A stretch of DNA of 32,000 nucleotides, from NCBI RefSeq assembly GCF_000284115.1, contig NC_017080.1, positions 3,750,001-3,782,000 on the forward strand, read 5' to 3'. The translations under genes and the position numbers were made by a program. This DNA is from Phycisphaera mikurensis NBRC 102666 (GTDB lineage: Bacteria; Planctomycetota; Phycisphaerae; Phycisphaerales; Phycisphaeraceae). Shown one piece after another: positions 8,191 to 16,455 of this stretch. Numbering within the stretch: position 1 is the first letter of the stretch; each line of letters opens with the position of its first letter. The notes below the pieces were generated by a model. The model was not told where the DNA came from. It ran no database searches and worked only from the letters and a program-made list of their open reading frames with translations.

Positions 8191-9513
8191 CTACGAGCGG
8201 CCGCGGCCGGCGCCGGCGAAGCGGTGCCAGGCGACGCCCACGGAGCCGACGGCCAGGGCGGTGGCCCAGCTCCACACCGGGAGCGTGAAAGCGAGGCCGG
8301 TGCAGCCGAGCAGGCCGAGCCAGGAGACCGCCCGGGGGAAGCGGCGGTCTCTGCGCGGGAGCCGCAGGGCCGCCGCGTTCGTGACCGCGTAGTAGGCGAG
8401 CACGGCCGCGGCGGAGAGCGTCCAGGCGAGGGGAACCGAGCCGAAGAGCACGAGCAGGCCGACGCCGATCGCGACCGCGACGACGGCGGGGCCGGGGGTG
8501 GTGCCCGCGGCGTCCACCCGGGCGAGCTTCCTGGGCAGGTCGCCGGTGCGGCCCATCGCGAGCACCACGCGGGAGAGGCCGAGCAGGAGGTTCATGAGCA
8601 CGCCGACCATCGCGACGCCGGCGCCGAGGATCAGCAGGAGGCGGGCCGCCACGCGGAGGCCGTGCGGCTCGAAAGGATCGCCCGCCATCATGAGCGTCGT
8701 GAGCAGCGTCGGGCCGCCTGCGCGTCCCACCGCGGCGAAGGCGTCGAAGCCGACCGCGTGCGAGGCCGCGGCCGCGACGGCGCCGTACAGCAGGATCGTC
8801 ACGCCCAGCGTCCAGCCGACCGCACGCGGAATCGTCCGCCGCGGGTCCTCGACCTCCTCCGCCAGCGTCGCGATGCGGCCGTACCCGGTGTAGGCGACGA
8901 ACACGAGCGCGACCGCGGCGGCGAGGCCGGCCGCGGGCGTCGGGTCCGGCGGCACCCAAGCCTCCTTCTGGTGCCAGGTCGGGCCGATCCGGACGACCGC
9001 GACGCAGAACGCCAGCAGCGACAGCACCGTGAGCCCCACGATCCCCGCGTTCACCGCCACCGACCGCCGGATCCCCTGCAGCACCACCGCCGCGAGCATC
9101 CCGACCAGCCCGAGCCCGAGCGCGGCCTCCAGCCCGCGGCCGCCCGCGTCGGGCGCGACGAAGGACAGCCCGTACGCCGCCGCCGCCAGCGCCGCCGCCG
9201 AGGCGCTCGCGCCCTTGGCCGCCAGGAACCACGCCCCCGCCGCCGCGCCCAGCCAGGGTGTGAGGTACGCCCGCCCGTACGCGTAGGTGCCGCCCGCCAC
9301 CGGGTGTGCCGCCGCGAGCTGCGCCGAGGAGAGCGCGTTGCACAGCGCCAGCCCCCCCGCGAGCACGATCGCCAGCGTCAGCTCCGCCCCGCTGCCGACC
9401 TCCGCCGCCGCGAGCCCGAGCCCGACGAAGACGCCGGTGCCGACCATCGACCCCAGCCCCAGCAGGACCGCGCCGGGGAGGCCGACCCGGCGGCGGAGTG
9501 GCGTCGCGTTCAT
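8191..9513 (-). CDS. APC-superfamily amino acid permease
   Basis: ORF 8191..9543. The ATG at 9513 gives MNATPLRRRVGLPGAVLLGLGSMVGTGVFVGLG, the typical APC N-terminal signature. About 12 hydrophobic segments run through the protein. The start could instead be 9543. Confidence 0.85.
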   Translation of the reverse strand: MNATPLRRRVGLPGAVLLGLGSMVGTGVFVGLGLAAAEVGSGAELTLAIVLAGGLALCNALSSAQLAAAHPVAGGTYAYGRAYLTPWLGAAAGAWFLAAKGASASAAALAAAAYGLSFVAPDAGGRGLEAALGLGLVGMLAAVVLQGIRRSVAVNAGIVGLTVLSLLAFCVAVVRIGPTWHQKEAWVPPDPTPAAGLAAAVALVFVAYTGYGRIATLAEEVEDPRRTIPRAVGWTLGVTILLYGAVAAAASHAVGFDAFAAVGRAGGPTLLTTLMMAGDPFEPHGLRVAARLLLILGAGVAMVGVLMNLLLGLSRVVLAMGRTGDLPRKLARVDAAGTTPGPAVVAVAIGVGLLVLFGSVPLAWTLSAAAVLAYYAVTNAAALRLPRRDRRFPRAVSWLGLLGCTGLAFTLPVWSWATALAVGSVGVAWHRFAGAGRGRS

Positions 9514-9565
9514 GCTTCGTCGTGGCGCCCCATCCGGACGCATCAGGAGCGTCCCAGCCCCCCGC

Positions 9566-10888
9566 TCAGAGCTCCAGCAGCATGCGGGCGGGGTCCTCGA
9601 TCGCGTTCTTGACGACGTTGAGGAAGGTCACCGCCTCGCGGCCGTCGACGACGCGGTGGTCGTAGGTGAGCGCGAGGTACATCATCGGCCGGATCTCGAC
9701 CCGCTCGTCGGCTCCCTTGCCCACCGCGATCGGGCGGCGGACGATGCCGTGCATGCCGAGCACGCCGCTCTGCGGCGGGTTCACGATGGGCGTGGAGAGC
9801 AAAGAGCCGTACACGCCGCCGTTGGTGATCGTGAAGCTGCCGCCGGTGAGCTGATCGAGCTTGAGCTTGTTCGCCTGCGCCGCCTTGGCGTAGGTGACGA
9901 TCTGCGACTCGATCTGCGCGAAGCTCATGGCCGCGCAGTCGCGGAGCACAGGCACCACGAGGCCCTTGCCGCCGCCGATGGCGATGCCCACGTCGTAGCG
10001 GTCCTTGTAGACGACGTCGGTCCCGCGGACCTCCGCGTTCACGGCGGGGAAGCGCTTGAGCGCCTCCACCGTCGCCTTCACGAAGAAGGACATGAAGCCG
10101 AGCTTCGCGCCGTGCGTCTCCTGGAAGAGCTCCTTGTGGCGGGAGCGGAGCGACATCACCTCGGTCATGTCCACCTCGTTGAAGGTGGTGAGCAGCGCGG
10201 CGGTCTGCTGGGCCTTCACGAGGCTCGACGCGATGGTGCGACGCAGCGGCGTCATCGGCTTGACCGTCTCCCCCGAACCCCCGTCGGCGGGCTCGGCCTT
10301 TGCCGGTTGGGCCTTCGGCTCCGGCTTCCCGTCGCTCTTCGCCCCCGGCTTCGCGCCCGAGTCGATCGCCTTCTGCACGTCCTCCTTGAGGACGCGGCCG
10401 CCGGGGCCGGTGGCGGTGACCTGGCCGAGGTCCAGGCCGCTCTCGTCGAGCAGGCGGCGGGCCGCGGGCATGACGACGGTGTCGGCGCCGGTGGGCGACG
10501 CCTTCGGCGAGGCGTCGTCGTCCCCGCTGGCGCGGTACTGGTCGTCGCCGGTGGCCGGCTTGCCGTCGCCGCCGCCCGCTCCGCCCGCCTTGCGGTCGGC
10601 CGGGTCGGTCGGCTGAGGGATCGCGTCGGGGTCGGTCGCCGCCGAGCCGTCGCCCTCCCCCAGCTCGCCGATCTTGTCGCCCACCGCGGCCTCGTCGCCC
10701 TCGGCCTTGAGGACCTTGCCCAGCACGCCGGCCTCGGGGGCCGGCAGCTCGACCGTCACCTTGTCGGTCTCGATCTCCACGAGCGGCTCGTCCTTGGCGA
10801 CCGACTCGCCCTCCTTCTTCAGCCAGCGGCCGATCTGGACCTCGGTGATGGACTCGCCGACTTCGGGAACGATGAGATCAATGGCCAT
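9566..10888 (-). CDS. sucB: Dihydrolipoyllysine-residue succinyltransferase, E2 component of 2-oxoglutarate dehydrogenase
   Basis: 440-aa ORF. It has a lipoyl domain with [10 protein letters not shown], an E3/E1-binding domain [32 protein letters not shown], and catalytic-domain blocks [34 protein letters not shown] and [14 protein letters not shown]. Confidence 0.93.
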   Translation of the reverse strand: MAIDLIVPEVGESITEVQIGRWLKKEGESVAKDEPLVEIETDKVTVELPAPEAGVLGKVLKAEGDEAAVGDKIGELGEGDGSAATDPDAIPQPTDPADRKAGGAGGGDGKPATGDDQYRASGDDDASPKASPTGADTVVMPAARRLLDESGLDLGQVTATGPGGRVLKEDVQKAIDSGAKPGAKSDGKPEPKAQPAKAEPADGGSGETVKPMTPLRRTIASSLVKAQQTAALLTTFNEVDMTEVMSLRSRHKELFQETHGAKLGFMSFFVKATVEALKRFPAVNAEVRGTDVVYKDRYDVGIAIGGGKGLVVPVLRDCAAMSFAQIESQIVTYAKAAQANKLKLDQLTGGSFTITNGGVYGSLLSTPIVNPPQSGVLGMHGIVRRPIAVGKGADERVEIRPMMYLALTYDHRVVDGREAVTFLNVVKNAIEDPARMLLEL

Positions 10889-11032
10889 GGAGGGAGCGTA
10901 GTGGGGCCCCGGGGTGGATCCACCGGACGCGCGTCCCGCCCGGGAGCGGCGGACCCGCCGGCGGCGACGCGGACCGCGCCCGCGCAGCGGGCAGCGGGTC
11001 GTCCGGTTCGTCCGGCCCAGATCCGACGGAGC

Positions 11033-11078
11033 CCGCGGACCGCGGCGGTTCCAGCTGTCTCCGCCTCCCGGTCCGCGG
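11033..11078. repeat. REP-like inverted-repeat hairpin, locus E
   Basis: Exact core CCGCGGACCGCGG at 11033-11045, with partner CGGTCCGCGG at 11069-11078, giving a 10-bp stem. It lies in the sucB/GGDEF spacer. Confidence 0.6.
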
Positions 11079-11087
11079 CCCGGATCG

Positions 11088-11177
11088 TGCCCAACGCCGA
11101 TCCCCTCCCCCGCCGCCCTGCCCGCCGGGCTCGCGCTGCTCGCGGGCGGGTTGCTGCGACGCCGCCGCCGCGGCTGA
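11088..11177 (+). pseudogene. Orphan PEP-CTERM-like sorting tail (gene remnant)
   Basis: The last 29 codons of ORF 10914..11177 read [29 protein letters not shown]. This closely resembles the tail of the 31144..31923 protein ([27 protein letters not shown]). The upstream 58 codons are Arg/Pro junk with no signal peptide and contain a REP-like hairpin. Confidence 0.5.
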
Positions 11178-11200
11178 GAGCCCGGTGGCGGTGCCCCGGC

Positions 11201-12829
11201 TCAGGCGGCGAGCCGCCCCCACCGCGGCGCGGCGCCGGCGGGCTCGTGCACGCGGACGGCGGAGCGGCCGGCCCGCTTGGCGGCGTACATCGCGGCGTCG
11301 GCGGCGGACAGGAGCGACGGCGCGTCGTCGACGCCGGGCCCGCCGACGGCGACGCCGATGCTGGCGGTGGAGACGACGGTGCCGGCCCGGATCTCGTGCG
11401 GGTGCGCGAGGTCGTCCAGCAGCCGCTCGGCGACGGCGACGGCGTCGTCGGGGCAGCGGAGGCCCTCGAGCAGCACGACGAACTCGTCGCCGCCGATGCG
11501 GCCGGCGGTGGCGGCGTCGTCGTGCCGCAGACCGGCCTCGAGCCGCTGGGCAATAGAGGCCAGCAGGGCATCGCCGGCGGCGTGGCCGAGGGTGTCGTTC
11601 ACCTCCTTGAAGCGGTCGAAGTCCAGGAAGAGCACCGCGTGGTGCTGGTGCGGCCGCCAGGGCGCCGCCTCGACGGCGGCTTCCAGCCGCTCGGTGAAGG
11701 CGGTGCGGTTGAGCAGGCCGGTGAGCGTGTCTTGCGTGGCGGCCGCGAGCAGGCGGGCCTGCGCCTCGACCGCCTGACGCCGCGTCTCCGCCCGGCGGCG
11801 TCGGCGGTTGAGCGACTCGGTGCGGAAGAACAGCAGCACGATCGCGGCCGCCGCGAAGCCGGACGCGGCGAGCGCGCTGGCGGGGGCCCGCGAGGCGTGG
11901 GCAAAGCCGCGGCCGGCCACGGCGTCCAGGCGCCAGCGCTTGCCGCCGAGCGTGAGGATGCGCGAGGCCCGCAGCGGCGTGTCGCTCCCGGGCAGCTCGT
12001 CGCCGCCAAGCGGCTCCCACCCGGAAGCCGCCGCGAACACCCGCGTCCGCAGCTCGCCGCCGGAGGCCTCCCCGAGCCCGCCGAGCAGCGGCTCGGCCCG
12101 CAGCGCCAGGTAGACCCAGGCGCGCTGCGTCCCGGGCGCCCGGTCCGGGCCGGCGTCGCCCACGGCGCGGAGGGCGAGGAAGCCCAGCCCCGGGGGGTTG
12201 CCGCGGATCAGGTGGATCGGGTCGCTGAGGCTGGTCCTGCCCGTCCGCTCCGCCGCCTCGGCCGCCGCCAGCCGCCGCGGCTCCGACGCGAGGTCCAGGC
12301 CCAGCACCGGCAGGTCGCCGTCGGCGGGCTCCACGTACGCCACGATCAGCCGCTGGGCCCCGGCGGCGGGACGCGGCGTGGCGGCGTCCCGCGGCACCCG
12401 GACCTCGAAGCCGGGGGCCCCGGTCCGCCGGGCCTCGGCGACGAAGCCCGGTGCTTCTTCGGGGGCCACGGCCCGCACGTAACCGATCGCGACCGCCGCG
12501 GGCAGCTCGCCCGCGCGGTCCAGCGCCGCCACCGCCCGGCGGAAGGCATCCCGGCTGAGGTCGGGCTCGGCGGCGAAGAGCGTGGAGAGCCCCCGGAGCA
12601 CCCGGCGGTGGTCGTCGAAGCGGTCGGTGAGGAGCGCGGCGGCCGCCGCGTGCTTCGCCTCGAAGCGGCCTTGGTCGGCGGCCCGGGCGGCGTGCAACAG
12701 CCAGCCGGAGCCGCAGAGCGCAACGAGCAGGACGGCCAGGGCCGAGCCCGCCGCCCGCGGCCCGGTGTCCCGCCAGAGGATCCGCAGCAGCGCGGCAACG
12801 CGGTGGATCGTGACGGCTCGGTCAAGCAT
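11201..12829 (-). CDS. Membrane sensor diguanylate cyclase (periplasmic CHASE domain plus GGDEF domain)
   Basis: 542-aa ORF with two TM segments (ALAVLLVALCGSGWLL and LAASGFAAAAIVLLFF). These flank a CHASE-like region: VAIGYVRAV, VLGLDLASEPRRLAAAEAAERTGRTSLSDPIHL. The C-terminal part is LLNRTAF...FLDFDRFKEVNDTLGHAAGDALL...RIGGDEFVVLL...SIGVA...ADAAMYAAKRAGR. Confidence 0.9.
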   Translation of the reverse strand: MLDRAVTIHRVAALLRILWRDTGPRAAGSALAVLLVALCGSGWLLHAARAADQGRFEAKHAAAAALLTDRFDDHRRVLRGLSTLFAAEPDLSRDAFRRAVAALDRAGELPAAVAIGYVRAVAPEEAPGFVAEARRTGAPGFEVRVPRDAATPRPAAGAQRLIVAYVEPADGDLPVLGLDLASEPRRLAAAEAAERTGRTSLSDPIHLIRGNPPGLGFLALRAVGDAGPDRAPGTQRAWVYLALRAEPLLGGLGEASGGELRTRVFAAASGWEPLGGDELPGSDTPLRASRILTLGGKRWRLDAVAGRGFAHASRAPASALAASGFAAAAIVLLFFRTESLNRRRRRAETRRQAVEAQARLLAAATQDTLTGLLNRTAFTERLEAAVEAAPWRPHQHHAVLFLDFDRFKEVNDTLGHAAGDALLASIAQRLEAGLRHDDAATAGRIGGDEFVVLLEGLRCPDDAVAVAERLLDDLAHPHEIRAGTVVSTASIGVAVGGPGVDDAPSLLSAADAAMYAAKRAGRSAVRVHEPAGAAPRWGRLAA

Positions 12830-12937
12830 GATCGCTCGGGTGCTGGAGGACCGTTCCGCGGCCCGGCGGCTCCCATCGGGCGAATCCCCATGGTGCTGAA
12901 GGACCCCGGCCGTTCTGCAAGATCCCTCAGCCGCGGG

Positions 12938-14359
12938 TCAGGTGCCGCAGAACGTCGGGGGAACGGGCAGGTCCACCGCCGGCACCGCGGACCACGCGGC
13001 GTCCCGCTCGAAGGGCTTCTGGCAGGCCCCGAGCAGGCCGAGGAAGGGCGCCTCGTCCCCGGCGTTCGCGGCGCCGAGCGCCGCCTCGGCGTGGGCGCTG
13101 CGGGGGACCGTTGCCGGGTTCACCCGCCGCATCCGGGCCTGCGCGCCGGCGACCGCTTCCGGGCTCCCGAAGCGGTCCCGCCAGCGGGCGGCCCACGCCG
13201 CGAAGCCGCCGCCCGCGGGCGCCGGCGCGGCGGCGTCGCCGGAGAGGTGGCGGAAGGTGCCCGTGAAGTCGAGGCGCTCCTCCGCCATCAGCGCCAGCAG
13301 CTCCGCGTAGAGCGTCGCGGCGTCGGCGACGCCGCCGAGCTTTGCGGCGGCGGCGCGGTCCAGCGCGGCCCCGTACGCCGGGCCGAAACACGCGAGCGCG
13401 TCCTCGGCGGCGGCGATCTGCGCCCCCTCGTCGTCGCCGAGCAGCGGGAGCAACGCCTCGGCCAGCCGCGCCAGGTTCCAGGCGGTGATGCCCGGCTGGT
13501 TGCCGTACGCGTACCGGCCGCGCCGGTCGATGCTGCTGAACACCGCCTCGGGCGAGAAGCGGCCGACGAAGGCGCAGGGGCCGTAGTCGATCGTCTCGCC
13601 GCTCACCGCCACGTTGTCGGTGTTGAGCACGCCGTGCACGAAGCCCAGCGACATCCAACCGGCAACGAGGGCGGCTTGGCGTGCGATCACGCGCCGCAGG
13701 AAGGCGTCCGCCAGTTCCGGCTCCGAGGCATCCCCCGCGAGCAGGTCCGGGTCGTGCCGGGCCGCGGCGAGCCGCAGAACGCCGCCGAGGACGGCGGGCC
13801 CGTGGTGCGCCGCGAGCACGAAGGTGCCGACCCGCAGGTGGCTGGCGGCGACGCGGGTGAGCACGGCGCCTCCGCCCGTCCAGGCCGGCGGCAGGCCCGG
13901 CCGGCTCGCCTCCCGCCCGGTGGTCGCCACCGCGAGCGTCCGCGTGGTGGGCACGCCCAGCGCGTGCATCGACTCGCTGAAGAGCGCCTCCCGCAGCATC
14001 GGCCCCAGCGCCGCGCGGCCGTCACCGCCGCGGCCATAAGGCGTCGGACCCGAGCCCTTGAGCTGCACGTCCGCCTCGCGGCCGGCGAGCCGCCGCCCGC
14101 CGAGCAGCACCGCCCGCCCGTCGCCGAGCATCGCGAGGCTGCCGAACTGGTGGCCGGCGTAGGCGAGCGCGGCCGGCGCCGCGTCCTCCGGCACGCGGCC
14201 GCCCGACCAGACCGCGGCATCCGCTTCGAGCCCCAGCTCCGCCGCCAGCGGCGCGTTCCAGAACACCAGCCGCGGCGTGTGGCCGTCGGCGGGTCCCTCC
14301 GGCGCCCAAGCGGTCCGCATCGCGTCGGGCAAAGCGTCGTAGGGCGAGGTCCAGCTCAT
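12938..14359 (-). CDS. selO: Protein adenylyltransferase SelO (YdiU/UPF0061 pseudokinase-fold AMPylase)
   Basis: 473-aa ORF. It has blocks collinear with E. coli YdiU as I recall it: AYAGHQFG, LGDGRAVLLG, LKGSGPTPYGRGGDGRAALGPMLREALFSESMHALGVPTTR, GFVHGVLNTDNVAVSGETIDYGPCAF, YGNQPGITAWNLARLAEAL and MRRVNPATVPRS. It ends ...FCGT with the conserved near-terminal Cys. Confidence 0.92.
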   Translation of the reverse strand: MSWTSPYDALPDAMRTAWAPEGPADGHTPRLVFWNAPLAAELGLEADAAVWSGGRVPEDAAPAALAYAGHQFGSLAMLGDGRAVLLGGRRLAGREADVQLKGSGPTPYGRGGDGRAALGPMLREALFSESMHALGVPTTRTLAVATTGREASRPGLPPAWTGGGAVLTRVAASHLRVGTFVLAAHHGPAVLGGVLRLAAARHDPDLLAGDASEPELADAFLRRVIARQAALVAGWMSLGFVHGVLNTDNVAVSGETIDYGPCAFVGRFSPEAVFSSIDRRGRYAYGNQPGITAWNLARLAEALLPLLGDDEGAQIAAAEDALACFGPAYGAALDRAAAAKLGGVADAATLYAELLALMAEERLDFTGTFRHLSGDAAAPAPAGGGFAAWAARWRDRFGSPEAVAGAQARMRRVNPATVPRSAHAEAALGAANAGDEAPFLGLLGACQKPFERDAAWSAVPAVDLPVPPTFCGT

Positions 14360-14498
14360 CGAGCGACGCTACGGGAGCGGCGTCGTCCCCGCAGCCACGG
14401 CGGAGGCCACCGCTTCCTCCTCGCAAAGCCGCAGCAGCTCGTCCGCGCACCTCACGGGGGGGGGTCGGGCCAGACCGAGCGCAGCGGAAGGGGGAAAC

Positions 14499-14515
14499 CT
14501 CCGCCTGAGGCGGAG
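14499..14515 (-). terminator. Hairpin immediately 3' of the tmRNA gene
   Basis: CTCCGCC-TGA-GGCGGAG forms a 7-bp stem. On the minus strand it is followed by GTTTCCCC. It lies 12 nt beyond the tmRNA 3' end. Confidence 0.4.
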
Positions 14516-14526
14516 TCAGCCCATGA

Positions 14527-14942
14527 TGGAGCCGGGGGGAGTTGAACCCCCGTGTCGAGACAGTCGATCCATTGCGTCTACGCGTGTGTCTGCCGCTTTG
14601 CCGGGCAGAGCCCGTCTCGACCCGTTGGCGACCGGCAGCGGCCTCCGTGGGGTCCAGCCGCGAGTGGTTCAACCCCCTCCCGACGCGGCGGCGGGAGGGG
14701 GCGGGCCCGGTTTTGCGACCCATTGAAGACGCCCCGAGCGGGCTTCTTCAGGGGTTTGCAGCCTGTTGGAATCGAATCCAATCAGGCGGCGAGGCGGAGG
14801 GCGTCGTTGCCGAAGCCGATCCGACCAGCGATGGTGTTTTCATCATTGGCATTTGTGTGTTTGCATCCTTTTTGCGAGGCCTGGATGCTCCTCGACGCGC
14901 AACAACGGACCGGAACCTGTCCGATCGAACCCAGTCGGCCCC
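14527..14942 (-). ncRNA. ssrA: tmRNA (SsrA), one-piece
   Basis: The minus strand reads 5' GGGGCCGACUGGGUUCGAUCGGACAGG and ends ...CGGGGGUUCAACUCCCCCCGGCUCCA. The acceptor stem GGGGCCG/CGGCUCC includes the G3:U alanine-identity pair, and a T-arm is present. The pre-tag segment GGCCUCGCAAAAAGGAUGCAAACACACAAAU parallels the E. coli GGCCUCGUAAAAAGCCGCAAAAAAUAGUC region. The genomic bases after the discriminator are TCA, so the terminal CCA is not fully encoded. Confidence 0.95.
14782..14850 (-). other. tmRNA tag reading frame: ANDENTIAGRIGFGNDALRLAA*
   Basis: The resume codon GCC is at 14850-14848. There are 22 sense codons and then UGA at 14784-14782. The tag starts ANDEN and ends LAA, like canonical degradation tags. 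Confidence 0.85.
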
Positions 14943-15094
14943 TGAATCAGGACGTGCCCGGTCGGGGGCACGGCGTGAAGAAGGATCGCGGGCGCTGTGA
15001 AGCGGTGTGATGGCGGGTTGTCAGAGAGCGGCGGCCGGACGGTGCGGCCGGGACGAAGTCTAGCCCGCCGCGCCGGCGGCGGCCGCAGAACGTC

Positions 15095-15835
15095 CTAGTT
15101 GGCGTGGGTGCGGGCCCGCCGACGCAGCGTCTCGGAGATGCCCGCGACCGCTTCGGCGACGCCCTCGGCGTGCGGGTGAATCCCCAGCGTGCGGCGGTAG
15201 AAGCGCCGCGCCGCCTCGAGGTCGCCGGACCGGACGGCCACGTGGCCGGCGCCGGCCAACGCCGCGAAGTGCAGCGGGTTCGAATCCGCCGCGGCGGCGA
15301 AGGCCGAAGCCGCCTCGGCGAGACGCCCGCCGTCGGCGCGGAGCAGCGCGAGCTGGTGATGGGCCTCGGCGAAGGACGGATCGGCGGCCGCCGCTTCCTC
15401 GAAGCGGTCGGCGGCTTCGTCCGGCCGGTCGGCCGCGGAGGCGTCGAGCCCGGCGCGGAAGGCGTCGTGCCCGGGGCCCCCGTTGCCACGCAGCCACATC
15501 GCCCACAGCGCGTGCTCGGCGCTCCCGCGGACCCCGCCGTCCGCGTCCCGCAGGCCCGCGGCGACCGAGCTCTCCCGACCCGGCGACCCGCTGAAGCCCA
15601 GCACGAGGAGCGCCACGGAGCGCGTCGCGGGGTCGGCCGCGTCGAGCAGGAGGACCAGCTGGGCCTCGTCGAAGCCGGTGCGGACCTCCCGCGCCAGGCG
15701 CGACGCGTCGGCCAGCGCGAGGCCGGGACGCGCGAGCCGCAGGAGGCGGGCGGAGTCGTCAGCGGAGGGAAAAACAGGAGGCATGGCGGGCGGGTGGGCT
15801 CGGGACCGGGGGGGCAGCCGCTCGGCGGTGACCAT
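15095..15835 (-). CDS. HEAT-repeat plus TPR-repeat protein
   Basis: Only the 3' part of ORF 15095..16318 looks real. The HEAT-like block is LLDAADPATRSVALLVLGFSG...GLRDADGGVRGSAEHALWAMW. About three TPRs follow: ADRFEEAAAADPSFAEAHHQLALL...GDLEAARRFYRRTLGIHPH. The start is uncertain, ATG at 15835 or 15784. The upstream extension is low-complexity and overlaps the PilZ gene on the other strand. Confidence 0.65.
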   Translation of the reverse strand: MVTAERLPPRSRAHPPAMPPVFPSADDSARLLRLARPGLALADASRLAREVRTGFDEAQLVLLLDAADPATRSVALLVLGFSGSPGRESSVAAGLRDADGGVRGSAEHALWAMWLRGNGGPGHDAFRAGLDASAADRPDEAADRFEEAAAADPSFAEAHHQLALLRADGGRLAEAASAFAAAADSNPLHFAALAGAGHVAVRSGDLEAARRFYRRTLGIHPHAEGVAEAVAGISETLRRRARTHAN

Positions 15836-16013
15836 CGGGAAACCGTAGGAAGGGCCACCAACGCCGTTCACCCTCCTTTTCCTGATAGGTCGAAAACCCC
15901 GTTCCAAGAGAGAGAGCGACCCGGCGCCGCCCCGCGGAACGCTCCCGATTCTCGCGAGGCGGACGGCCCGATCGGACGATGAACGGGCTCGCACGCCCCC
16001 TTCCGACGCTTTC

Positions 16014-16385
16014 ATGCTCCGCCTCCACCCCGCCCACCCAACCCCCGCTCCCGCGGCACCGACGCGGCGGGAGCGTCGCCGCTTCCGCCGGAGCGCCCTC
16101 TCGGAGCGGGTACGCGTGGTCGCCGGGGGCCGATCCGCCTCGGCGGAGCTGATCGACGGCTCCGCCGGCGGCCTCTTCCTCCGCGTGGAGGGCTCGCAGC
16201 GCCCCACGGCCGGCTCCGAGCTGGAGGTGGGCTTTGGCGCGGGCTCGTACGGCGGACCGGCAAGGACCGAGGAGCGCCGCCGGGCCCGCGTGATCCGCTG
16301 CCTCAGCCACGGCGACACGCACTACCTCGCGCTGCGGTTCCACACGCCCGACGCGTTGCGCATCGGCGCGACGCGGCTGGGCTGA
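16014..16385 (+). CDS. Stand-alone PilZ-domain protein (c-di-GMP receptor)
   Basis: 123-aa ORF. Both PilZ signature motifs are present at the usual spacing: RRERRRFRR (RxxxR) and, about 23 residues later, DGSAGG (DxSxxG), followed by LFLRVEG. The fold is short and beta-rich. Confidence 0.75.
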   Translation: MLRLHPAHPTPAPAAPTRRERRRFRRSALSERVRVVAGGRSASAELIDGSAGGLFLRVEGSQRPTAGSELEVGFGAGSYGGPARTEERRRARVIRCLSHGDTHYLALRFHTPDALRIGATRLG

Positions 16386-16433
16386 GCGGGAGGAGCCGCC
16401 GGCGGGCGGACGCGATCCGGTTCGGCCCGGACG

Positions 16434-16454
16434 CCGCGATCCCACCGATCGCGG
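16434..16454. terminator. Hairpin between convergent PilZ and GT2 genes
   Basis: CCGCGATC-CCACC-GATCGCGG forms a perfect 8-bp stem. It abuts the GT2 stop codon (16456-16458). Confidence 0.35.
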
Positions 16455-16455
16455 C

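Noticed and set aside
9566-10888. sucB is encoded without adjacent sucA or lpd genes.
   Set aside because: Dispersed 2-oxoglutarate dehydrogenase genes occur in many genomes. The partners may simply lie outside this window.
10913-10924. A 12-nt perfect palindrome, GGTGGATCCACC, 25 nt upstream of the sucB start; a possible operator.
   Set aside because: It is a single short palindrome with no second copy or associated regulator in the window, and it could arise by chance.
9287-14545. A 1752-aa plus-strand ORF, and similar giants at 16967-21124, 492-3575, 6943-9612, 24295-27066, 21996-24971 and 974-2947.
   Set aside because: These are shadow ORFs typical of very GC-rich DNA. Their translations are Arg/Pro/Gly/Ala-rich low-complexity strings with no motifs. 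Each lies antisense or out of frame to genes with clear family signatures (sucB, GGDEF, selO, pfp, GT-C, GH5 and others).
14542-15010. Two 152-aa plus-strand ORFs and a 67-aa minus-strand ORF over 14542-15010.
   Set aside because: They overlap the tmRNA gene, whose RNA features fully explain the region.
14360-15094. The tmRNA gene as an attachment site for a genomic island or prophage.
   Set aside because: There is no integrase or phage gene on either side, and I found no direct repeat of the tmRNA 3' end elsewhere in the window. The flanking genes (selO, HEAT/TPR) look like ordinary chromosomal genes.
15836-16318. The N-terminal ~160-aa extension of the 407-aa ORF 15095-16318.
   Set aside because: The extension is low-complexity and overlaps the PilZ gene, which has both signature motifs, on the opposite strand. 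HEAT/TPR repeats begin only after the internal ATGs at 15835 and 15784.
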